Shown here: positions 38,178-48,866 of the stretch, piece after piece
Layout of the letters: each line of letters begins with the position of its first letter
Numbering within the stretch: position 1 is the first letter of the stretch
Source of the DNA: Heterodontus francisci
Taxonomy: Eukaryota
Reading direction: 5' to 3'
Assembly (NCBI RefSeq): GCF_036365525.1
Contig: NC_090389.1
Coordinates: 36,082,973 to 36,146,972, forward strand
DNA length: 64,000 bases
Position numbers and translations under genes: made by a program
Notes under the pieces: generated by a model
What the model was told of the DNA's origin: nothing
What the model saw: the letters and a program-made list of their open reading frames with translations, nothing else
The model's database searches: none

Positions 38178-39690
38178 AAAGAAAGAAATTGTGTATACAT
38201 TACACCTTTCATGACCTCAGGATGTCCCAAAGTACTTTGCAGCCGTTGAAGTACTTTTGAAGAGTAGGAATGAAATTTAGCCCTACCCACCTGGCAGAAA
38301 TCAGGTGGCTGGGCAGTGACAAATAAGCAGGTTACTTGCCCACTCAGATCATAATCATTGTTGATGTTAACCTGCAGGGCAGAGCCTCGTAAATGTATGC
38401 ATATTTGGGAAGTATTATTTCAGGAGGACCTCAATTTAATATTAACTGTGGCCTGTGAGGGGAAGCGATCGCCATTTTCCCACTGGGCAGAAGCAGATCT
38501 ATAGCTTAACTGAAGACAGAAGAGGTCCTTCTGGTAAGTCTAAAACGTAACTTTGTGGGGTCAGGAGGAACAGAAATACTCCTCCGAGCTTCCCCCCCAC
38601 ACCTCTGCGTGCCCCCCCACCCTTGGAAATTACGACCTACCCTCCCTAGAATTGCATTTTTTGTTCATTCATGGGATGTGGGCTTCGCTGGCAAGGATAG
38701 CATTTATTGCCCATCCATAATTGCCCTTGAGAAGGTGGTAATGAGCCACCTTCTTGAACCACTGCAGTCCATCTGGTGTAGGTACACCCACAGTGACAGT
38801 GAAGGAACGGCGATATAGTTCCAAGTCAGGATGATGTGTGGCTTGGAGGGGAACTTGCAGGTGGTGGTGTTCCATGCAACTGCTGCCCTTGTCCTTCTAG
38901 TTGGTAGAGGTCGCGGGTTTGGAAGGTGCTGCCCAAGGAGCCTTGATGTGTTGCTGCAGTGCATCTTGTAGATGGTACACACTGCTGCCACTGTGTGCGG
39001 TGGTGGAGGGAGTGAATGTTGTGGATGGGATGCCAATCAAGAGGACTGCTTTGTCCTGGATGGTATCGAGCTTCCTGAGTGTTGTTGGAGCTGCACCCAT
39101 CCAAATAGGTTGACAGTATTCCATCACACTCCTGACTTATGCCTTGTAAATGGTGGACAGGCTTTGGGGAGTCAGGAGGTGAATTACACTCTTTCGTAAC
39201 CCCTCCCTGCCACTCACCTGCAATCCAGCCAAAATTCACCTAATCTTCTCCTGCTACCAGCCACTGTGCGCTCTATTCACATCTGTTCCCAGTAGGAAAT
39301 TGCCAGATCTTCACTCCGAGTTAAACTTCACCCTGTAGTGATTGGTGTATGAAAACATGGCAGCCAATTTGCACATAGCAAGGTCCCACAAACAGCACTG
39401 AGATAAATGACCAGATGATCTGTGGTGTTAGTTGAAGAATAATATTGGACAGGTCACCAAGAAAACTCTGATGCTCTTCTTTTTGACAACCTGTCATGGG
39501 ATCTTTTAAGTCCACCTGAGACAGCAGACGGCACCAGTTTAACATTTCACCTGAAAGACGACACCTTTTGCAGGGAAGCACTCCATCAATACTGCAGTGG
39601 AGTGTCAGCTTAGATTTTGTGCACATGTCCTGGAGGGGTCTGAAACCCAGAACTGACTGCCACAGAGGCAAGAATGCTACCACTCTGCCC
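38178..39690 (-). mobile_element. Deu-domain SINE split by a MITE (38267-39333)
   Basis: Tail at 38178-38266 and body/head at 39334-39690 join into the same sequence as 54267-54708. MITE ends ggaatgaaattt / aaacttcaccc. Confidence 0.7.
38655..39190 (-). mobile_element. Family T LINE 3' fragment nested in the MITE
   Basis: MEYCQPIWMGAAPTTLRKLDTIQDKA plus the family tail. Confidence 0.85.
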
Positions 39691-39934
39691 AGACTGACAT
39701 CTAATGTTGAAGTTGAAGTTAATTTGCATTTTTGGGTAGTGTAAAAGAAACTTTACTTTGCAGTGACAAACTGCATATTATTGATGCTGACATTAGGTGA
39801 AAAAAGTGGGCAAAAAACTCAATTTCCAGTACTGTGAATGGGCAACTTACTGAGTATAAATATACCACCACCTTCAAAAAGATAGGAGTCTCGATCATGA
39901 TAAATATTCACTCAGCAATTTCACCAATTTTCAA

Positions 39935-40050
39935 CAAAAGCAAAATACTGCAGATGCTTGAAATCTGAAATAAAAACAAAAAATGCTGGAAATACTCAGC
40001 AGGTCTGGCAGTGTCTGAAGAGAGAAAAGCAGAGTCAAAGTTTCAGGTCA
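39935..40050 (-). mobile_element. Penelope terminus truncated within the hammerhead
   Basis: aaagcaaaatactgcagatgc..gagtcaaagtttcaggtca; homology stops in stem II. Confidence 0.8.
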
Positions 40051-40356
40051 TTTTTATTTCACTAATCTTCATATTTCTAGAGTACCAAAGAAGGTTGGTG
40101 GGCAGAAAACAAATATAAAGTTGGTTTGAAATCCAATCCTGAAGAAATGCAGTATTAACATCAACACATGGGAGGAAACCAGCAAAGACCACAAACTGTA
40201 GCAATCAGTGTTCGGGCAGGGAGTTCACAAGTTAATTGAACAAGCTAGAACTGCCAAAGAAGAAGAGAAACATAGATAGAGAAAGAACGTCAGTCTCCTG
40301 TGACGACACCATCAACTGGACTATCTTTCATATGTTCGGTTTATGGTACATTATGT

Positions 40357-43300
40357 ATCTTCTAGGACTGGTTTCTTCTTCTTAGGCAGTCCCTCGGAAA
40401 TGAGGATGACTTACTTCCATTCCAGGGTTGTGGATGCTTTGGTGACTCAATATTCCATTTCTGGATCCGCACACTCTGCCACAGGTGGGACAGGTGGTGT
40501 TTGGTGAGGCGAGTAGATGGGATGCTCGAATTTCCGAACGCTCCTTCCATTGTTTGCACTTGGTTGCTGCCTGGGCATGCTGACTTTGTTTGAACTAGCT
40601 GGCACCTTCACGGATGCTTCTTCTCCATTTTGGGCAGTCTCGGGCAAGATATTCCCACAAATCAGTGAAGATGTCATTTTTTCAGGGAGTCTTTAGGGAC
40701 ATTCTTGTAGTGTTTCCTCTGCCCTCCTGTCGCTTCTTGTCGTGATGGAGCTTGTTTTGGGAGTCTTGTGTCAGGCATGTGGACGATGTGGCCCACCCAA
40801 CGTAACTGACTAGCCATGACCAATGTCTCGATACTGGGGATGTTGGCCTGAGAGAGGACACTGATATTGGAGCGCCTGTCCTGCCACTGAATTTGCAGGA
40901 TCGTGCAGAGGCACCGCTGGTGATACCTCTCCAGGGCTTTGAGATGCCTGCTGTACAGTGTCCATATTTCTGACACATACAAGAGGGCAGGTAACACTGC
41001 GGCCCTGTAGACCATGTGGTTGGTGCAGATTTGAGGTCTTTGTTGTCAAACACTCTTTTCCTCAGACAACTGAAGGCTGCGCTGGCACATTGGAGGTGAT
41101 GCTGAGTTTCATCGTCGATGTCTGCCCTTACTGAGAGGATGCTCCCAAAGTATGAGAAGTGATCCATACTGTCTAGTGGTTCGTCGTGGATCTTGATAGT
41201 TGGGCAGCAGTGTTGCGCTGAGGGAGCAGGCTGGTGGAGGACGTTTGTCTTCCGGATGTTTAGCTTAAGGCCCATTCTTTCATACGCTTCCATGAATGCA
41301 TCAATGAGGGTTTGAAGCTTGGCCTCTTATTGTGCGCATACGGAAGCATTGTCAGTGTACTGCAACTTAATGACAGAGGTTGGAGTGGCCTTGGTCCTGG
41401 ACTGGAGGTGACGTAGGTTAAATAGTTTCCCGCTCATCCTGTAGAGTAGATCAACTTCCACAGGGAGCTTCCACATGGAGATGAGGTGGAGTGTTGCGGG
41501 GAGGAAGATGGCAAAGAGCGTTGGTGCGATGACACAGCCTAGCTTGACCCCAGTTTGCACTCGGATTGGGACAGTGACAGATCCATTAGCAAGGATTACA
41601 GCTTGCATATTGTTGTGCAGCAAGCAGAGGATGGTGATGAATTTCTCCGGGCAGCCAAATTTGAGGAGGCTGTTCCATAATCCCTCCTGGTTGATAGCGT
41701 CCAAGGCTTTTGTGAGGCCAAAGAAGGCCATGTATAAAGGTTGCTGCTGCTGCTGCCTACATGTTTCTTGGAGTTTTCTTGCTGTGAAGATCATGTCCAC
41801 CGTCCCAGTTGATGGATGGAATCCACATTGTGATTCCGGAAGGGGCTCTTCAACCAGAGGGAGGAGGCGGTTTGAGAAGGACTCTTGCGATGACTTTCTC
41901 TGTGGCAGACAGTAGGGATTAAAGGCCTGCTCAGGTCAGGAAATAAAAACCCGACCCGAACCCGACAGAACCACATCGGACCCGAGCCCGAGTCCCTCCA
42001 CTTTTTCCTGCGCCCGACCTGACCGGAGCCCGACCTTACCACCAGAATGATTCCATAGTGCACTCACTCACTGTACCACTTTTGGATTAAGGTAGCTGCA
42101 GCATGAGTGTGATGACATCATTGAGACGCTCACTCGCTCACTGCACAGACTCAGAGTTTCCCTCCTTGACGTCCCGGACTCCAGCTCAGGTAAGTTTTTC
42201 AACTTTTACACTTTCCACTCCAGCAGAGCAAAATGCAAGACTTCCTGTGTGTGGCCGACCCGGACCCGACCTGAGCCCGAAAGCCCGACCCGGAGGAGCG
42301 ACCCGACACATGTCGTTGGGTTCAGGTTGGGTAGCAGACCTTTATCAGGGATACCCCTCTGTAGTTACTGCAGTCGGTCTTGTCGCCTTTTTTGAGGATG
42401 GTCACAATTACGGCATCTCGGAGGTCCTCTGGCATGCTCTCTTCCTTCCAGTAAGGGAGATGAGACCATGTTTTTGTGTCAAGAGTGCCTTTCCACCGTA
42501 ATTTAGAATTTCGATGGGAATTCCATCTACGCCGGCAGCCTTATTGTTTTTTAGCTGTCGGATGGCCTTTTTGATCTCATGTTTGGCTGAGGTTGTGCTG
42601 AGGTCATGGTGGGTAGCATGCTGTGGAATGTGGTCGAGGGCACTCGCATCAAGGACTGAGTCGCGATTGAGGAGATCTTTGAAGTGCTCCTTCCAATGAG
42701 TGCTGACTGACTCTCTGTCCTTGATCAGTGCCACTCCATTCTTTGCTCTCAGTGGGGTAGGTCCTTGGGTACTTGGGCTGTAAATGGTCTTGTCTGCGTT
42801 GAAGAGTCCACGCATGTTGTGGCTGTCAGCGAGTTACTGTACTTCCTGTGCTGTTTCAGCCCACCAGCTACTCTTTGGGTCACAGGTTTTCTGTTGAACT
42901 TCGGCCTTCAATTGTCTGTATACCTTTTTTATTTCTTCGAATTTTGATGATACTTCCAGTTCAGGAATGCCTTGTGCTTGCGATTTAGTAGCTCCTGTAT
43001 CTCCTGGTTGTTCTCGTCAAACCAGTCGTGAAGTTTCCTGATCAAGAAACCAAGAGTATCTTCGCAAGTGCTGATTATGATAGCTTTGAGGGCAGACAAG
43101 GCATCGTGGACATTCTGTGGTTCCTGTTCGTTGAGCGTCGTCAAGTTGCTTGTAAGACGCTGCCTGAGTAGGTCTTTTCTCGCAGAGTCCTTGATACGAT
43201 CGACATTGATTTTCCTACGGCAGTGCTTCTGCTGCCGCTGCCATTTTTGGACTGGGTTTGTGGAGAGAGTAGCTCAGATAAGGCAATGGTCGGCCCAGCA

Positions 43301-44250
43301 GTCATCGGCTCCGATAATGGCACGGGCGATGCGAACATTCATGCGGTCCTTCGCTCGGACGATGATATAGTCAAGCAAATGCCAATGCCTGGAGTGAGGG
43401 TGCTGCCAAGAGGTCTTATATTTGTCTCTCTGACGAAATAGGATATTCATTATGATCAGGCCATGCTCAAGGTATTTCGTCAGAAGAAGGACTCCCTCAA
43501 AATGAACGTCGGGATCTGGAATATCAGGACTCTCATGATGTTGGCCCTTCCAACAAACTTCCTTGCCAATCACACCTTTCCAAAGGTTTGTGCCCCTTCC
43601 ATCTCTGGCATTGAAGTCTCTGAGGAGAATCAGCCCGTCTTCCTTGGGAACATGGGACAGTGATTAAGGCTGGAGTAGAATTCCTCTTTGGCCTCATCTG
43701 TTGCTTCTAGGGTTGGGTCGTACACGCTGATGACTGTGGCGTGCTGTTTCTGGGTTAGGATGAGCCAGAGGCTCATGAGACGATCGTTTAATCCACAAGG
43801 CGGGTCACTGAGGTGGTTGGTTAGTTCATTTTCTTATGGCGAACCAACCCTGCAGACTTGGTGCTCTTCTGGTTTACCTTTCCAGAAGAAGGTGTACCCA
43901 GCACCTTGTTCCTTGAGCTGGCCTTCTCCTGCCCCACCATGTCTCACTCAGGACAGCGATATCATTGTTGCAGCGGCGGAGTTCTCGGGCGGGCTATTAT
44001 AGAGGTGTGACATTCAGGTCTGTCGCTGCTGGGGTTGTCCATGAGAGTCCTGATATTCCAGATCCCGACGTTCATTTTGAGGGAGTGAAAGATGCCTGTG
44101 CGTGGGTTCTTTTAATGTGGGGTGGCCATTACACACCGATTACCACAACGTCCAAGCGAAGCAAGGTCTTTGTCCAATGGCAGGAATGGCCGAGACGATT
44201 AGAGACCAGGCTCCGCTACACAGACGGGGACTAATGTATACACATGGCCA
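40357..44250 (-). mobile_element. Near-full-length decayed RTE LINE (APE + RT)
   Basis: MNVGIWNIRTLMD start, HWHLLDYII, KAAGVDGIP, NYRGVSLLS, GVKLGCVIAPTLF, LQYTDN and HQRCL..IQWQDR motifs, with many frameshifts. Confidence 0.9.
41920..42344. mobile_element. hAT-type MITE inserted in the RTE
   Basis: TIRs TAAAGGCCTGCT / AGCAGACCTTTA (11/12 match), 8-bp TSD gtagggat / tcagggat, and many subterminal CCCGA motifs. Confidence 0.8.
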
Positions 44251-44411
44251 GCATGTCCAGCTGGCAAGCCAGGGTGCAGGCTGTGTGGATCTGCGTCAGG
44301 GTGTTCTTGAAGGGGTAGTTGAAAGCCTGCTCCAAGTCTACCAGCTCCATGAGGGATCCCGGGGAATCCTCGTCACCGGCCTCGGGCCCTGTGTCTTTCT
44401 GTTGCTCTGAT

Positions 44412-44668
44412 GTGTACGACAGGACCAAAATGTCTCTTTGTCCCGCTCTGCCCCTCCCCCTCACTCTTTGTCCCACTCTGCTCCCAGCTCCTCGGTCTTT
44501 GTCCCCACCCTGCCACTGCTGCCGCTCTCGCTGTGTTCCCGCGACTAGTTTCTCTCTTTATACTGCTGCAGTCGCTGTGTATGGCAGGACCAAGATGGCT
44601 CTTTGTCCCGCTCTGCACCTCGCCCTCGCTCTATGTCCCACTCTGCTCCCGGCTCCTTGCTCTTTGTC
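44412..44668. repeat. Direct duplication (~165-bp period) upstream of the RTE ORF
   Basis: gtgtacgacaggaccaaaatgtctctttgtcccgctctgc.. at 44412 and gtgtatggcaggaccaagatggctctttgtcccgctctgc.. at 44577. Confidence 0.8.
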
Positions 44669-45265
44669 TTCACCTCGCCGGTCTCACAATGCTCCCTCTC
44701 GGCTCCGCTGCGTTATACTGCCGCTGGTCTTGCTGTGCTCCATCTCGGCCCCGCTCCGGCCTGGTTTACACAGCCATCTAAACGCTCACCAAAATGTGAT
44801 CAATCTTAAAACTTGAATTTTTTTTATGTGAAGAAGCAGACTTACTTGATTATCAAAGGATTGCCAGAAAATTAGAGAAACCTTATGACCAGACTGAGTG
44901 AGGGAGACAATGAAAGGGATAAACTGTTCACTGAAGCATTGCTCTTAGTAAAAATTGCAGTAGGAAAATGTAATTATTCACAGAAGTATTAAATCATTGC
45001 ACTCGCTGAAGTGATGCAGACTACACACCACATGAGTGGGAATAAATCAGACTTTCTGGTTTTCCAAAACAAGCTTATTAATGGCTTTCTGAAAGATACT
45101 TGCTGCATACTATCAGATAGTTATTACAGTGTAAAATGTGCTTTAGCTAAAAGTGATAGGGTCAAAGTGGCTTTAATTATAAATCCCCTAAATAACTTGA
45201 AATTGCAACAATCACCCAACATTTGAACAGATTTTCTGTTCCAACTACTCTTTTAAACAAAACAA

Positions 45266-45907
45266 TTGCTGCTCAACAACAGGTATACCGTTTTGGATAC
45301 TGTTGTGGGGGATGACTTACCAGGGGTAAGCAATGGGGTACAGGTCTCTGGCACAGAGTCTGTCCCTGTTGCTCAAAAGGGAAGGGGGAAGAGGAGCAGA
45401 GCATTAGTCATTGGGGACTCCATAGTTAGGGGAACAGATAGGAGGTTCTGTGGGAACGAGAGAGACTCACGGTTGGTGTGTTGCCTCCCAGGTGCCAGGG
45501 TTCGTGATGTCTCGGATTGTGTTTTTGGGATCCTTAAGGGGGAGGGGGAGCAGCCCCAAGTCGTGGTCCACATAGGCACCAACGACATAGGTAGGAAGAG
45601 AGATGGGGATTTAAGGCAGAAATTCAGGGAGCTAGGGTGGAAGCTTAGAGCGAGAACAAACAGAGTTGTTATCTCTGGGTTGTTGCCCGTGCCACGTGCT
45701 AGCGAAGCGAGGAATAGGGAGAGAGAGGAGTTGAACACGTGGCTGCAGGGATGGTGTAGGAGGGAGACTTTTGGTTTCCTGGATAATTGGGGCTCTTTCT
45801 GGGGTAGGTGGGACCTCTACAAACAGGATGGTCTTCACCTGAACCAGAGGGGTACCAATATCCTGGGGGGGAGATTTGCTAGTGCTCTTCGGGGGGGTTT
45901 AAACTAA
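45266..45907 (+). CDS. CR1 ORF1 C-terminal SGNH/GDSL esterase-like domain (5'-truncated)
   Basis: VIGDSIVRG, CLPGARV, HIGTND and DGLHLN motifs. Confidence 0.9.
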   Translation: MLLNNRYTVLDTVVGDDLPGVSNGVQVSGTESVPVAQKGRGKRSRALVIGDSIVRGTDRRFCGNERDSRLVCCLPGARVRDVSDCVFGILKGEGEQPQVVVHIGTNDIGRKRDGDLRQKFRELGWKLRARTNRVVISGLLPVPRASEARNREREELNTWLQGWCRRETFGFLDNWGSFWGRWDLYKQDGLHLNQRGTNILGGRFASALRGGLN

Positions 45908-48866
45908 TTCAGCAGGGGAATGGGAACCTAAATTGTAGTTTCAGTGTACAGGATGTTGAGAGTAGTGAGGTCAGGGATAAGGTTACAAGGACGCAAGAGG
46001 GCACTGGCAAGCAAGAACTTGGTTTAAAGTGTGTCTACTTCAATGCCAGGAGCATCTGGAATAAGGTGGGTGAGCTTGCAGCATGGGTTGGTACCTGGGA
46101 TCTCGATGTTGTGGCCATTTCGGAGACATGGGTAGAGCAGGGGCAGGAATGGATGTTGCAGGTTCCGGGATTTAGATGTTTCAGTAAGAACAGAGAGGAT
46201 GGTAAAAGAGGGGGGGGGGGTGTGGCATTGTTAATCAAGGAGAGTATTACAGCGGTAGAAAGGACGTTTGAGGACTCGTCTACTGAGGTAGTATGGGCCA
46301 AGGTTAGAAACAGGAGAGGAGAGGTCACCCTGTTGGGAGGTTTCTATAGACCTCCGAATAGTTCCAGAGATGTAGAGGAAAGGATAGCGAAGATGATTCT
46401 CGACAGGAGCGAGAGTAACAGGGTAGTTGTTATGGGGGACTTTAACTTTCCAAATATTGACTGGAAATACTATAGTTCGAGTACTTTAGATGGGTCAGTT
46501 TTTGTCCAGTGTGTGCAGGAGGGTTTTCTGACACAGTATGTAGACAGGCCAACCAGGGGCGATGCCACATTGGATTTGGTACTGGGTAATGAACCCCGCC
46601 AGGTGTTAGATTTAGATGTAGGTGAGCACTTTGGTGATAGTGATCACAATTCGGTTAGGTTTACCTTAGCGATGGGCAGGGACAGGTATATACCGCAGGG
46701 CAAGAATTATAGCTGGGGGAAAGGAAATTATGATGCGATTAGGCACGATTTAGGATGCGTAGGATGGGGAAGGAAACTGCAGGGGATGGGCACAATCGAA
46801 ATGTGGAGCTTATTCAAGGAGCAGCGACTGCGTGTCCTTGATAAGTACGTACCTGTCAGGCAGGGAGGAAGATGTCGAGCGAGGGAGCCGTGGTTTACTA
46901 AAGAAGTTGAAGCGCTTGTCAAGAGGAAGAAGAAGGCTTATGTTAGGATGAGACGTGAAGGCTCAGTTTGGGCGCTTGAGAGTTACAAGCTAGCCAGGAA
47001 GGACCTAAAGGGAGAGCTAAGAAGAGCAAGGAGAGGACACGAGAAGTCATTGGCGGATAGGATCAAGGAAAACCCTAAGGCTTTCTATAGGTATATCAGG
47101 AATAAAAGAATGACTAGAGTTAGATTAGGGCCAATCAAGGATAGTAGTGGGAAGTTGTGTGTGGAATCAGAGGAGATAGGGCAAGCGTTAAATGAATATT
47201 TTTCGTCAGTATTTACAGTAGAGAAAGAAAATGTTGTCGAGGAGAATACTGAGATTCAGACTACTAGGCTAGATGGGATTGAGGTTCACAAGAAGGAGGT
47301 GTTAGCAATTTTGGAAAGTGTGAAAATAGATAAGTCCCCTGGGCCTGATGGGATTTATCCTCGGATTCTCTGGGAAGCCAGGGAGGAGATTGCAGAGCCT
47401 TTGTCCTTGATCTTTATGTCGTCATTGTCGACAGGAATAGTGCCGGAAGACTGGAGGATAGCAAATGTTGTCCCCTTGTTCAAGAAGGGGAGTAGAGACA
47501 GCCCTGGTAATTATAGACCTGTGAGCCTTACTTCGGTTGTGGGTAAAATGTTGGAAAAGGTTATAAGAGATAGGATTTATAATCATCTTGAAAAGAATAA
47601 GTTCATTAGCGTTAGTCAGCACGGTTTTGTGAAGGGTAGGTCGTGCCTCACAAACCTTATTGAGTTTTTCGAGAAGGTGACCAAACAGGTGGATGAGGGT
47701 AAAGCAGTGGATGTGGTGTATATGGATTTCAGTAAGGCGTTTGATAAGGTTCCCCACGGTAGGCTATTGCAGAAAATACGGAAGTATGGGGTTGAAGGTG
47801 ATTTAGAGCTTTGGATCAGAAATTGGCTAGCTGAAAGAAGACGGGGTGGTGGTTGATGGCAAATGTTCATCCTGGAGTTTAGTTACTAGTGGTGTACCGC
47901 AAGGATCTGTTTTGGGGCCACTGCTGTTTGTCATTTTTATAAATGACCTGGATGAGGGTGTAGAAGGATGGGTTGGTAAATTTGCGGATGACACGAAGGT
48001 CGGTGGAGTTGTGGATCGTGCCGAAGGATGTTGTTGGGTACAGAGGGACATAGATAGGCTGCAGAGCTGGGCTGAGAGATGGCAAATGGGGTTTAATGTG
48101 GAAAAGTGTGAGGTGATTCACTTCGGAAGGAGTAACAGGAATGCAGAGTACTGGGCTAATGGGAAGATTCTTGGTAGTGTAGATGAGCAGAGAGATCTTG
48201 GTGTCCAGGTACATAAATCCCTGAAAGTTGCTACCCGGGTTAATAGGGCTGTTAAGAAGGCATATGGTGTGTTAGCTTTTATTAGTAGGGGGATCGAGTT
48301 TCGGAGCCACGAGGTCATGCTGCAGCTGTACAAAACTCTGGTGAGGCCGCACCTGGAGTATTGCGTGCAGTTCTGGTCACCTCATTATAGGAAGGATGTG
48401 GAAGCTTTGGAAAGGGTGCAGAGGAGATTTACTAGGATGTTGCCTGGTATGGAGGGAAGGTCTTACGAGGAAAGGCTGAGGGACTTGAGCTTGTTTTCGT
48501 TGGAGAGAAGGAGGAGGAGAGGTGACTTAATAGAGACATATAAGATAATCAGAGGGTTAGATAGGGTGGATAGTGAGAGTCTTTTTCCTCGGATGGTGAT
48601 GGCAAACACGAGGGGACATAGCTTTAAGTTGAGGGGTGATAGATATAGGACAGATGTTAGAGGTAGTTTCTTTACTCATAGAGTAGTAGGGGCGTGGAAT
48701 GCCCTGCCTGCAACAGTAGTAGACTCGCCAACTTTAAGGGCATTTAAGTGGTCATTGGATAGACATATGGATGAAAATGGAATAGTGTAGGTCAGATGGT
48801 TTCACTGGTCGGCGCAACATCGAGGGCCGAAGGGCCTGTACTGCGCTGTAATGTTCTAATGTTCTA
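45270..48866 (+). mobile_element. Young CR1 LINE, truncated within ORF1
   Basis: ORF1 esterase, ORF2 APE+RT and a (taatgttc)n tail; only one lesion seen, a frameshift near 47841. Confidence 0.97.
45901..48790 (+). pseudogene. CR1 ORF2 (APE endonuclease + RT) with one frameshift
   Basis: Frame is open from 45901: CVYFNARS, SETW, GDFN, SDH, NYRPVSL. A 2-nt deletion near 47841 relative to the 27024 copy shifts the frame before GVPQGSVLGP and FADDTK. Confidence 0.92.

Noticed and set aside
41945-42310. CCCGA repeats as a CRISPR-like array
   Set aside because: Short, irregularly spaced subterminal motifs of a hAT MITE in a eukaryotic genome.
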